Position numbers and translations under genes: made by a program
Source of the DNA: Lingula anatina
Lineage: Eukaryota > Animalia > Brachiopoda
Direction: 5' to 3'
DNA: 64,000 nt
NCBI GenBank assembly: GCA_051362555.1
Contig: CM120645.1
Location: 19,034,001 to 19,098,000, forward strand
The notes under the pieces: generated by a model
Told to the model about the DNA's origin: nothing
Database searches by the model: none
Seen by the model: the letters and a program-made list of their open reading frames with translations, nothing else
In this document: positions 37,001 to 51,300 of the stretch, piece by piece
Numbering within the stretch: the stretch's first letter is position 1
Layout: each line of letters begins with the position of its first letter

Positions 37001-39933
37001 TCATATTTAATTCTTGGAAATCAATTTTTATCGTCCAGGAAGCACGTGTATTGGGTTATTGTATTAAGACACATATATAGTCCCATTCACAAACGGCATG
37101 TTAATAGAAGGGGAACAGATTACAACAGAGTATTATGACAATCATTAATCTTAATTAAAAGTTTGAACAAAATATATTAATTATGTGTGTATTATGGTAT
37201 TATTACACATTACCTAAAAAAGAGGATTCTAAAAAGAAATCATATTCACATCAAACAATGTTTTTTTTGTCAAAAGAAAAAGAAAAAAATGAAGAACTTT
37301 TTTTACGTATGATATTTACAAAAAGTGAATTGTTCAAAATTTCTGGCACATCTCCAATCCAGGTTCCATGACAGGTTGATTTCAATTCTTGGAATCCGTT
37401 ACACTGGGAAGGGACACTATGGAATCTGATGCAGTATCCATTTGACCGTGTTTAAAGGGGGTCATAATGAATCATAGCTCAATTTCAATTCTTGGATATC
37501 ATTTTCGTTGGAATCATTTCTGCACCAAATATCAAATAGGCGGAGTTTGTGCTTTCATTTCCTAGTAATCACTCAGGCAGGATTAAAAATATCACATTAA
37601 GGCTTTTCCTTCTCAGAAACATCTTGATTTCATTGGATTTGATAACATGCCAAAGATTCTCAGACAACAATTAATTTGGCCCATTGCCAGCATTAAGTCA
37701 TCACCAACATGCCTCTAGTTACAGCTGTCTAGTAAACAAAAACAAAAACAAAAAACATTTCTATGGTTGAAAAAGCACTATTAGACATCAAAAGAAGCAA
37801 TTTTAATTAGATATACTGCCTCAATAGGTAACTTACATGACTGACTCTTCGTACACTCTAAACATTGTATAAGGAACAGTTGGTAGGACCACAATTTTTC
37901 AAAGTAGGGGTAGGAGTACAGATGTAAACATTAAAAAAAAATTAGTGTTAAAAAAAGGCTGAGGGTGGGGTTGGGGGGATGGCTTTACTCGCTTGGTTCT
38001 TCTGTGAGGCTAAACACTGATAAAAAGTAATAGATGTCAGGCATTTTACCAAACAAACAGGCTTGTTTCCTCACCATTGAAGCCTGAACTTAATTTCTAA
38101 AGATAACTAGGATGTGCATATGAAAAATAACCACCCTCCTGGGCAAACTGCATGCCTTCAGGTATAAATGCTGACATTTTACATCATCTCTCAGCAGCGA
38201 TGATGTAAGCAAGGCGGAGGGGAAAAAAGATACTCTTCTTCAGTAGCATTTACACACACACACAAGAACAGATCAACTTATACCAGTACATATATTGCCT
38301 TTAATATGATTACAAAGAAATAAAGAAAAAAGAATATAAAGAAAGAAAAAACACAAGATTTCAAAAAAGCTCCAAACTTGCACCCTCTGAATTAATTACA
38401 GTCCACACAGTTCCTTTTATAACTTTAAGACTAGTGTTAATCCACCTTTTTTTTTAACATAAATGGCCTGGGGCCAGTTGGCAAAAGCAGCCGACTGCTG
38501 ACCTTGCCAAATGACAGCACTATTTTTCCAGCCAGGTGATCAAAACAACACAACAAAACATGCTTTCCTGCATTTTTCTGAATACTTTCTTTAACCAGTG
38601 ACGTACATCAACTTGGAATGCATTGTGCACCTTTGGCCAAACACAGTCACGTTATACTTTCATTTTTTAATGTAGCTTATTTTGAAGATGATGGAATAGA
38701 AATTAAATACAACACTTGTTATACTCCTCTTGGTTGCAAAGAGCATCAACATGCCAATGAATCAGCTGCATTAACCCGACCCTCCCCCTAAAAATAAATA
38801 AACAAATAAACATAATAATAATAACAATAACAAAAGCTCACTGTACTATAAGATTCTGAGGTGACGGAGCAGTATTTTTGCCATCCCTCCCAAATAGATC
38901 CTCCTTCAATGTCGTAGCACTCCCAAATGTTACCCGACCCTAAGGTGGGGGTTATTTACCACAAGTTGTTTACTGACATCTTCTTTGCAGCATCGTAATA
39001 CTTTTCAAAACTACCACGTACACATAACTTTCAGAATTAAAAATATTAACCTTGACGAGTTTCTCACACGTAGTTTGGCACTGCGCCAGTCACTTTCTTC
39101 CTTAGTAAAAGGGCACTACTTCGCAGATCTTCCCATACTTGGCAATATTTCAACCTACCTTTTTATGCTTGTATGATTATAGAAAACAATCTAGCATAAC
39201 AGCAAGGACTATCAAATATGCTAGATTACAACAAGAGTGTGGGAACTCGATGCCAAAGTGGCATTGTGTGTGAGCAGATTAAAGAAGCTTTATCACCAAT
39301 TAAAATGCACTCGCTGCAGTGCTTAATTTAGAAGTTAGTAAAACATTATTTTCTGAATACAGTGTTTAAGTGAGATGTTATTTTCAATAGACAAAACTTG
39401 CACTTTATCGCACCTTTTGATGTATAATACCACAGATTAACTAGTCATTGATAACATTCAACTTCTTTCATTTTTAGAAAATTTTGCAATACTATATCCC
39501 TGTGCTCCCCTCCAACCACAAAAAAAAAAAAAAAAAAAAAAAAAAATTATAAAAAAAAAAAAATAATAATAAAAATAATACATATATAAAAAGGAGAATA
39601 AATAAATCAATATACAGATTAAAACTTCCACTTAAAAAAGATTTATGTATGTTCTAAGAAATGAAAGCTTCAATTAAGCTATCAGCTTTTTGTTCCTATT
39701 CACCAACAAATCCCTGCCACCAGCGACTCCTGTACATAGAGCCAACTTCAGAGGCATTTCAGGTAAAATACCAGCACCTATTTAGTACTGTTTTGAAATA
39801 CAACACCTGCACTGACTGACTTTCATTTCCATATGATAAAATCCCCAGTGTGTCTGTACACAAAATATTGGATATTTTGAGGTAAAGTTCTCAATCCAAT
39901 GTGGCTAGGATGCCCAGGACTCTCTCACACTAA

Positions 39934-40149
39934 GAGGGCATTCCCAGAGATTTAGATCGATCTTACTAGATCGACCTAACTCTCTGGGGGTTCACGCTAA
40001 ATTGCAGTCAGCCGACCGCGCACAGAAGTTAATTACCCCCCTTATAGCTTGTAGTAGGCGGGACAGACATTTAAGCTGGATTGTCTGACAGTAATCTTGT
40101 GAGACTCCCCACAGGGATAGATCGATCTAAAATCTATAGGAATGCGCCC
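39934..40149 (+). mobile_element. PIF/Harbinger-like MITE, copy 2
   Basis: taa|GAGGGCATTCCCAGAGATTTAGATCGATC...GATCGATCTAAAATCTATAGGAATGCGCCC|taa. Confidence 0.9.
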
Positions 40150-43100
40150 TAAAAAATTTAGGTCTATAGATAGCATTGGCCAAGCCAACTAAGGTCCCCA
40201 TACAAAAATTAGGGCCATGGGGAAGACAAGTTTTTAATTACCATATATTTCCCAGGGTAAATAAAAATTAAATAATAATTATTATCATTACACTAAATCT
40301 TGGCCAGCTTAGTTGTAGTTCATTTAGAATCTAAAGAACCACTCATCATACTGTTTTGGTCTATTCAAAAATGAGGCCCACGCCAAAAAATACTCGAAGG
40401 TAGGGCACTGTTACAACATTGGCTAATTGTTCCTGAAGTTGCCCAAGATCACTTTGTCAACTCAAGGTCAAATAAAACAACAGGAAGAATACGTGCCGCA
40501 GAAGAACTTCAGAGGTAATTGGACGTTTGCAGTTAGATAGTTTTCAAGTGTAGCTAATGTATGTAGGGGATTTTAGAGCACTTTGATTGCATTTTTTAGA
40601 TAAGTATTACTCTGAAAATTCAAGTGCAGAATGGACAACTGACATCACCCTCTTATACCGTAGATGTACTAGTATTTCAAAAAGGCTGTTGCAAAAAGTG
40701 TCGTTTTAAAAATATCAGAGTAGTTACAATTCACAGGCAAAGTGTGGGTTAGTAAATGCCAATTTTGATAAAAAAAAGTTGACATTCACTGAAGAATGAC
40801 AACAGCCGCATTCATTAATAGAAAACAACAATTTTAAGGTCAACGTAGGCTAGGACTGCTGCATCAAATTTTTGACCAGATGTTTGAATGCGCTATGCAG
40901 GATATTGCTTAGTCTAATGACTCTCAGGCAATAACCAATATAACTGATGAAAAACAGGGAAACAAATTTTAAAATCCCCCCCCCCCCCCATTAAAAACAA
41001 TTAAGGTCAAAAGCAAGGTGATCCCATACAAGGTGATTCATGTTATACTGAGCAGAAAGTAAAAATGTACTTTAGCTGTGGAACACCTAGCTGTTGATCC
41101 TGACCTTTGCTAGTGGAACTACAACCTTGCCATCTAGTTGGGGAAAAAAAAAAGCTTGAAAGCGATCTAATACCAAAGCCATTAAATACCAAGTGGCTGA
41201 CAAGCCATGTCCTCCCACAACCTTATGGAGTGAGGCATTTAATCTAGAGCTAGCTTTCAGCTGCAGTTAGTCTGGAACTGTTAACTAACTCCAAGTAACT
41301 GAAAGTTTAAAATGCATTTAAGTCTGGGTCACATTTAGCTTTTTTTTTCTTTTCTTTTTTTTTTTGTAAATCAGAGGACCTTAAGACCATCTGAAGTTCC
41401 CCACATGATGTTTTTTTTTTTGCTCAAAATGATGAAAACTGCAGTGTTTAAAAATCCTTCCAAACAAAGGGTTGAGGGGGGGGGGGGAACCTACTGCCAC
41501 CCCTCCCACTTATTAAAGTCCTGCTGGTTTCTGCCAATCAGCTTCCATTAATCATATTATGGATTAATGAGGCTTTCCACTAGACATAAGTGGTCTTGTC
41601 TTGATCATTTCCAGGCACATTACCACAGACTTGGATCTGTCAATATATAGAGTTATTTGCCCTCCCACAACTCGCTCCAATTCCCAAGGTGCACATGGTT
41701 TGTATATCAGACCACCTTAGTACTAAGATGTTATCTTTGAAGTGTGTGCTACTGGGCTTACATTGCTGTCTTTCTGGTAATACCATCACCATCCCCAGAC
41801 TTCAAAAAAAAAAAAAAAAAATCAATCCCTCCTCCTCAAGACAATTTCTATAAAACACATGCTTGAAGATTTAGTCATTTATTGATCATTCTGTTCTTTT
41901 CCTTACCATTTGCTCAAACTACAAAAAGCAAAAGTTTTACCCCCCCCCCTCCCCCACACTCAAATTCTCAAGGTGAAATAGTAGACAAGCTCACTGCATC
42001 CGAATGCACTGCATTTATACATTCCTTATATGTATTTGCTGACAGGCATGCAGTTGTAATTTTATCAGGCTGCAAAGGTTACCCAAACATTTTTTGAAAC
42101 TCTTTCCCTAATCCTCCCACCACCTCCCCCACACCTCAAAGGTAAAGCAGTTGCCAAAAAAACATTGATGTATTACATTGAGGAAGCATAAACATATTCT
42201 CTATCTCATATGTTACCTACACAGATTTGCTCCCACCCAGCACCCTTTCAACCCATCTGAACCTCAAAGGTGGAATGATAATCCAAGGTGGTTGATATAT
42301 TGCACTTTACAAGCATAAACATTCCTTATATTTTTAATCCAACAGGTATATCAAGCCCCCCCCCCCCCCCCCCACCAACTCTCCCCTTCCCAAAGCACTC
42401 TCAAGTAGAAGCTTACAACAAGTAATGCATTCCATTCAACATGAAAAACTAATCTTGATTCTTTATCAAATATTTACCAATAGTTGATCATACTTTTGGT
42501 ACTACTTTCAAAGTTGTATCAAATAGCACAAAAAATGAACTATAAAAATGTCTATCAAAACTGAACTTATGCAACATTAAACTGGGACTAATATTCTAAA
42601 CGGGACTTTTACACTAGAAAAATCAAAAGCAAAAATGGGACATACACATATACTAATGAAGTGAAGTTGCTAAACTGTACTATGGAACGACTTATCTATT
42701 AACTTATTTATTTTTTGGAAATTTTAATCTCTCTTCACAATTTTCAACTCATGTTTCTGGTTCATATCAATTTTTTTCATAACAAGGCACTTTAATAGCA
42801 GTTGACGTAAACACTTAACTGACAGCATGTAAATGAATAAATGTCACCTCAGAAATCTTAAGACTTTCACAAGCCATCACCTAGGTGAGAATATATCACG
42901 TAGAGTGATGTTGTACTTTATTGAAGGTCAAATATTTTTGGTATGCAGCTTTGAAGCCAGAGGGGCGAAATTGGCACATTTCATGTGAATGACTTGCAGT
43001 TTAACAATCATGAAACTGCATTTAACATGAATAAACTGCAAGACAGTGAAAATAATAGAGAAAATGTGAAATGCATTCTTCAAGGTTGTCTGACTTGAAA

Positions 43101-46100
43101 GAAATTCATGTTAAGCCGCGTCTGGTAGATGAGTGGGATTTTAAGCAGGGGTGGGGGTGTTGGGCTGAACATCATCCACCTTGACCTCATAACATAAAAC
43201 TCCGCTGCAAAAGTTCAGGCGTACTAAGGTTCAAAAGTAATTGGTGCTATAGATAAGATGAAGCAACTGCCTTAAACATTTACCTACAAATGTACGCAGG
43301 ATGTGGAGATGGCATAAAAATTCTACATGCTGTGCTCTGTCTGCAACATTAAAATGTCTGACTGAAAAACATTTTATCTTTAAAAAAAGATAATGATGAT
43401 AATCATGGAAGATAATGATGCTCATCTTATGGAGAAGGGTAATTCATTTCTTTTCTCTCTGACTTCCTTTTTCTCTTTTTTTTTTCTATTTGAAATTTTC
43501 ATTTATTTACCTGAAAGTATTTTTACCTGAGATAAAGCAAAATTCCAAAGCTGAGCCAAAAAAGTATAAATTTTTTCCCAGCAGCACTACAGTTTAGGTC
43601 AGTGGGAACATCAACATTCCAACCCTGCAGGAGCAGACACAGTTTTAGCCAGTCACAATACCCCGACATTCTCCTCTCATTACGCGCACTGATTCAGACC
43701 ATTCCCAGACGCATTTCACATGACCCACCACTGATGGGGTTGAAATAAGATTGTGGTTACAACTCCTACAACTAGACTGGACAAGAATGGAACTAGTCAA
43801 TGTGACCAGATCTAAAGCAAAATTCTCACCAAAACTGGACTTGGCTAACCTCTACTGACACCGTGACACTGCAATTTTTTTTAATGACTCTTCTTAGAAA
43901 ATGGTATCTCCACAAAAAGATCTGCTCTGCCAGGCAGATTAACTTTACAATTACCAGTAACTTTACCAAACAATTCTCATTTTTTCTTAGAAATGATGCA
44001 CTTAAAATAGCCCTTACTTTTTATCTTTATGAAACAAAAGATCTATAGATCCTGTGGAAGCAAAAGAACGGACCTTAATGCTTAACCTCTTTTCTCAGAA
44101 GACATGATCTTGAGAAAAACTAGAATCATGTCTTTTGATAATTTGATTCCTTGGGACTTTGAGCAAAACAAATCTTTATTTATATCTATTCCCTGTAATA
44201 AAAACACATCAGACATCTTAAGAAACAATTTTTATTGTGTCTTTTTCGTGCGAAAGGTGCACCTTCTCATGGCCCAAGGCACAACAAAACTTATAAAAAT
44301 ACCATTTCTCAGAAGAGGTGTTCTAAAAAAGTAGATGCATGTCTCTCAGCTTCACATGACCCGCCCCTTGTGGGGTTAAAACAAGTTGTCTGGGAATAGC
44401 ACCTCTTCAGTATGGTAGTAGACGCACTAGCCCTGTGGCGCAACCAAACTTCTCAAACAAAACTCTTCCTTAGATGTGATCTTGAGAAAAATTAGCCACT
44501 TTTTAGTTTTTCCAACACCATCAGCATCCATTTCACCAGCTCTGCTGTTTTAGTTACTGCCTTGGACCTAGAATTAGAATGGCGAATGCAGGTAGAAGGG
44601 CCTAAAGGTAAAACCAACACAGGCCCTGGAACATGCATTTAGAGTGCATCTTTCACCACCCCTGAGGGGCTCTTAAGAAAATTTCACAAACTATTAAGAA
44701 AACAGGGATTCCTTGAGAAAGTAGAGCTTTTAGGTGTGAATCACCTCTGGGACATGACATAAACTAGGCTCATTTGTCACTCAAAAACAGACTGGGAAAG
44801 AGATGATGCTAATTTAAGCCTGGCTTAAAAAAAAAAAAAAAAAAAGAGAAATTCTCACACATTTGTGAAAGAAATATTTGAGTCAGTAAGAAAATAAACG
44901 CTTATCAATGAGATCACAGTTGGGTAAATCACTGAACAATTTATCACGTTTATTAAGCACTAAATGCAGGCGGAATTACACATACAGTCTCTCTTTAGTA
45001 CAAGAATTTCAAAATATTTTTTTTAAAATTAAGATGAAAATTCATTTAAGATGACCTGGATGACCCCACGTAAAGTGTGAACCCAAGCTGATAGAGGTTA
45101 AGGTTAATTCACAGATGGGATTACATTAGATTAACAGATATCAAAACATAATCTAACCATCACAAACAAATAATACCTAATGACAACATGATATTATTTC
45201 ACAATGAGGCAATTATTAGGGATTATCATTATCTCCTCACGAAGATTACTCTCAGAAAACAAAAAATGAGACGACATCTGTAACTGCCAAGTCTAAGGAC
45301 GTGTTCACAACAGTGCTAACATAGACATGGATGTTGATTGACATCAGATGACCACATTGTTTAATGTTAATAAAATTAACTTATTGGTCAGCTCTGTAAG
45401 GCAACATGGGTGCTACCTGAAACGGGATTTAAAATGGTGTAGATCGAAACAAGGATCCCTACAACAATCTAGCCCATTTTTGATCCAACTTGGTCACGAT
45501 GTGAACACACCAAATATCTTGGGATTTAAAGAGATAAAGATATCTAAAGCAATAAAAACAAATATCAATACTAATGACTGTTCTATAGTGTGACAGCTTA
45601 CATGGCAAAAACAAACTGAGATGACATCTGTCATTTCTAAGTCTAATTCTAAGTTTTGATATCTTGTGCAACAAAAATAAATATAACGTGAAGCTATGTT
45701 TGATTACGTCACATTAATAATAAAACAAACTGAGAAAAAAGAGGCTTCAAAATGCTAAACTTTCAGTAATAGAAGAGACTGCATATTTCACACAGCAAAA
45801 TGAAACAGTTTTGCCAACGGCAATGCTAAACAGTGTGATGTTAACATATGTTATCAAACATTACTGCTGGCACACTCTCAGCTGCCACTCAACAGAAAAT
45901 CATGAAGGTACTTATATTCAACTACCATTTGCAAAACAAGTCTGATCGAAAATCAGACGCAACTCTGTTGTCTGCACATGAGTGGGTGCATCACTTGCAG
46001 CTGAGATTGGCTGAACTCAGAAGCAGCTTGCGAAATGCACAGAAGTTCAGAGGGAAATATCAAGTGTCTTTAAAAGGTGATTTCAAATGAAATTAAATTT

Positions 46101-46371
46101 CTATTTGAGCAGATATATTATTGCACATCCACTGCATAAAGGTTTGTTACTGGGATAAGTGAATGAGTTGGCATTGGTAATGCAATGAAACAATGGTATA
46201 ATTTCAACTGGTCTTTTCCCGTAGGGTTGCATATTATTTCCCAAAACCTGGGCTCTTCTTGACAGCAGCCGAGTAGAGTTGCTGCTCATCACGTGACACT
46301 CTACCCCCTTATACGAATGCCTTGCAAAGAGGCCATTTCACTTTTTCTTTACTCTCTATACTTGAATGATA

Positions 46372-46504
46372 ATTAATATTTTTTTTTACTCTCAATATCG
46401 GCTCTCGTTGCAATATGGCACCACACAGGCATTTGTGACACACAAAAATGCACCTGTGGGCCTTTTAATATCCCTTTATCATAGTTGATATCAACACTGC
46501 TGTG

Positions 46505-46559
<55 letters not shown>

Positions 46560-46850
46560 CATGTTACCGTCAAACGTCTACTCCGATTTGGGGATGCTAA
46601 TTAATATTTTCTTACTCTCAATATCGGTTCTCGTGCAATATGGCACCACACATGCATTTGTGACATGCAAAAACGCACCTGGGGGGCTTTTAATATCCTT
46701 TTATCAAAGTTGCCATCAACACTGCTGTAAACTATATATATATATATATATGTTCATGTTACCGGCTATTGTCTGCTCGAATTTGGGGATATTAGTTGAC
46801 AATTTCTTTACTCTCAATATCGACTTTCGTTGGAAAATGGCACCACACAT
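46372..46850. repeat. ~2.3 tandem copies of a ~190-bp unit containing a variable (TA)n tract
   Basis: ttactctcaatatcgg...atggcaccacaca...aacactgctgt.aactatata... recurs at ~46372, ~46599 and partially ~46791. Confidence 0.85.
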
Positions 46851-48304
46851 GAATTGGCCAATATATTGCTTTAAAAGCAGTTATATATCAGCTCAACATA
46901 GATCATTACAATCTTGGACATGATAAAAAGTATAGAAGACAAACGCCAGAAACCTATTTATGAGGTAACAGGAAAAAGTTACTGAAAACCCGAAATAAAT
47001 TTACGTGTTGTGCTCGCAACTGCAAGATGGCGGCAATGCTGTTCATAGCAATCATGAGGGACTGCAAGAAATTGCGTTATCAATGTAAAAGAACAATAGA
47101 AATTCACTGAGGCACACCGCGCGACAATGGGCTATGTTTACCCGAACACGTCTTCAAAGGAAGATGCCTCGTTTCAAGTCCCTTAGCAATTTTGTCCATG
47201 CCCATCATTAGTTTGATCTTCTCAGACTTACTTAACTATCACAAGCCATCATAATATTTTTATAAAACAATATAGCATATCTTGTATTCTGTCACCAACA
47301 TAAGTGACGTAAAAATCCAATAAGACCTCAATGTGCAAGTAATTGTGCCATGGCAAAACAAGACATTTCTCATCTCATCTAATCTTAAGAACTAAAACTA
47401 TTTAATAAAATGTCTAGGTGAGACCAGGGTATGTCACAATGACACACTTACAAGAGTTAGGCAATCAAGTAGGATACAGTTACGTTTCAACCATTGATAT
47501 TGGTGTTTAATTGCTGTTGCCTGCAGACTACAGAGACCGGTCAAGTATGTGTCAAAACATGCAATGTTTATGACAGATATGAGGTAGATTTCAGCTTTCA
47601 TAACTTCTATCTATTAAAAGCATATTTTGTCTCTTGAGTTAGACAAATAATTGTCTCCTTCATTATTCTGTCTCATTTGGAAGAGAAAATATTAATGTTA
47701 TCCTACTTTTCTTCTCAGCAGCTGAACAGTAATGGTAAATTTAACCAATTACTTAAACAGAGTATTTTTTTCGCAACCTACAGCTTAATTCTCTTACCAA
47801 AAAGAGACCAAGAAAAAAATTACCTGAGGGGATTTAAACACACAAAGCCAAAGAATAAAAAGAAAAATACCACAAAAAATGCATATTCCAACATCAAAGC
47901 ATTCTCGCAATTTTTTTCCTTAGAAAACTTCCATTTTTCTGGTCTGTAGAGGTTTCATTCTTTGACTAGAAAATTGTTACGCAGCAGGTGAGGCTAAATG
48001 GTTGAAGAACTTCCAAGAAATTGGGGTTGGCCTTTGCACAGTGCATGGATTATATGCTCAGTGCTTGCTGATAAACCTTGGCACTGATTATGCAAAATAA
48101 CTTGATGTGGTCCAGACCATAAAAAAAGTCCAGAAAGAAAAAGAAAAGCAAAGATACATAATCATCTATGAAAACAAACAAATGCTGGATTTTGGTCTCA
48201 ATCATTTTACACCAAACTGTCAATTTGGTAAAGCTGCCCTTTTAATTCCTAATATCCATAGCTTCCCCCCCCCCCCCCCCCAAAAAAAAAATAAATAAAA
48301 AAAA

Positions 48305-48335
<31 letters not shown>

Positions 48336-51300
48336 AATAAAATGAAATTATCATCTGACAGTGTCACCTTTTGAATTATAGACCTATATTTCAATAACTA
48401 AACTGTTTTAAAACTAGTAACTTTCCCACTGTAGAGTTACATTCAGATCCACAAAATTGTTGTAGTTGACCATGAACCCACAGACAGTTTACACTGAATT
48501 AAAATAATGGCTCATAAAAAAAAATGTGAGGAGATGGGGCAGTCACAGTGAGTAGATGGAAATATTTTATCTATCTAATCATACCATCAGTCTGACCTGT
48601 GCGCATACTTTAACTCGGTGCAAAAAAGATGTTATCTGTTGTCTTCACATTACTAACTCCAGGCAAATACATGGATCTTTATCTTAACATTCTGTTGAGA
48701 CCCTGAAATCTGCTGTCTTCATCTCGCTTTAACAATAATGAACCTGTTTCACTAATTACCATTATCATACTATGGACTAATTAAAGGGGGTCAAGCACTG
48801 TTATCTTGAATTATACAGAAAGGTGGTATATGCATCAAGCATATATATACACTAAAAAACACGTACACACACACACACACACACGTATGCACACACATGC
48901 ACACACACACTTGCATGCATGCATGCACATATAAACACAAACACCCATGCACACACACCTATGTACACATATAGACACAGCGCAGCTGTTAATCCAATTC
49001 CCTTTCAACCTCACATTAAATAATCACAATAAAAAACACAACTACTTTTTAGTTTTTTTGCTTTATCATCTTCAAAGGGTATAGAAACCCCCATGGAAGC
49101 TGCTATAAAACTGCCTTCCTCTCCTCCCCACCCTTTTTCACCCACAGACCACCTAGGTATATATGTAATCTGCTTTATCCCAACTCAATCCTTAACAATA
49201 TCTTATTGTTCATAACACACTGGTATTAACAATTAAACCTTAGAAAACGGTCCCTGGATGCTCTACTTGGTGTTATGACATACCAGTATAAGGATGCATG
49301 CATCTAGGAGGAATTCAACCAGAGGATAAAAACCCTCGAGATACCACACTTTCTCACACCTTTTGTTTTATGATAAATGAGACATGTGGAATCAGGAAAT
49401 TATATTTCTGAAAGACGGTGATGCGGAGGGTTGAAAAAGTGCTTGTTCGTGTATGCCCAGTGTAATATGTTAAAAATTGTTTTTCGTAAAAAATATGTAT
49501 TTTTTTCTTTTTTATTCCTTGCTTTTAGGCAAATTAACCTTGGTGAGTTCCAGAAATATAATGCATTAAAAACTATTAACAATATGAATTTGGTATCTAT
49601 CTGCCCCCCCCCCCCTCCAAAAAAAAAAAAAAAAAAAGGAATATGTGAAATGTCTACAGAGCAAACGAAAAAAAAATGTAACACACAAACAAACATATTC
49701 ATCATGCTGCCCCAAGTGGCCCTTTGATTTGCGATAATGTCAGCATGACATGCTTGGGCCTCTTCAATGACTTCAAACAAATTCTTTGGTAGGGGGAAAT
49801 AACATCAAATGTATTCAGGGCCCCCCAAACCAACAAATTCCAATGATACACATATTGAAATGAGTCTAATGTCACACTGACCAGACCAGAGTGAAATAAT
49901 ACCCGCAGTTTTAAATAAATCAGAAATACTTAATATATCTAAAAGAGAGATATAATAATTATTATCTAATAAAACAACAACAACAATTTGTCCTTTGGCA
50001 ACTATTGTATAACTTATATAAGTTCAGGTGAGCTGTCAGTCCCACTGTACAGGCATACACAAATCACTATGACTTAACTGGAATATTTATTTTTTACAAA
50101 CAGAGATATTGACAAACAAGTATATCATATTACAGCCTTTCACCATATAGCACTTCAAGTGTGATCTGATAACAAGAAGGACATGACCTTCAGGTCTTTA
50201 ATGAACGATAAACATGTACTGCTGTTTGTGACTTGGAACTGCAAGTTAGCGACTTTGATTGCTGAAATAATGACTTGGAACTGCATTTTGATGTTCCCAT
50301 TGTATCAATATTGAAAATAAAAAAATCTTTTTCACCTCATCTTATTGTGGTAAATAACTGTAAACTACACCTAATCAATGGTTTAATAAGGATAAAAGAT
50401 ATTTTTAAAAAAATTCCACTGTTTTCTCCTATCTTTAGGCGCAGTGACCACTTAAAAAAAAGAACACTTTCATTTTCACAATCTGAAAAATAAAAAATTA
50501 CAGAGATTGTTTGAAGTGAAAATCACGCTAGTTAAAAGCGAGTCATGTCCACCTAATGATCATTTACCCATTCACGCCACCAAAGACGCTTTACTGGCTG
50601 ATGAAAGCTCTCTCTACTGCGTAAAGACATTTTACGCTTGGGGGATTCCGTCTGTCTATCCAGGGAGGTGTACTCAGGAACATTGCTTTCACAGCCACAA
50701 AAGCAAGAAATGTCAAGAATGTTAAATGGCTTATAAAAGGATGCTATAAAGTGTTGATTTAAGCTAAGATAGAATATATCAGAGATATGTGACTCACAGT
50801 AGCACCTTTGTGTGAAGTTACTATACCAACCTACAAACGTCTGGGCTCCCATTTCTCCATTTTTCATGTTCCTTAAAAAAGTATTACATATACTAGAAAT
50901 CACATATGTATATCTCATGTAATCATGCTTCTTGGCAACAAAAACAAGAAAAAAATGTATCCATTTTTATCATACATTTATTTCAGTATGAATCTGGTAA
51001 AAAGTGCAAAAATCAGATAAGTAACATAATGGTTAACATCAGTATATTATACCCTGGCACGTTCTGTTCAGCACATGTAAGTCTTGCTGCTGACTGACCA
51101 TAGACTGACCAATGGCTGTAATCCTGTGATTTATAGTTGTTTTTCTCGAGTGAAGAGACACACCCATCACTCAACTGTGCATGGAAGATGCACATGTCAT
51201 TCGTATCCAAGGGAAAGATGGGTGCTGAACCACATAGCCCCCTGGTGGGGGGGGGGGGGGGGAGGAAGAGGGAGAGGAGGAGGGAGAGTAAAGAGGGGAG

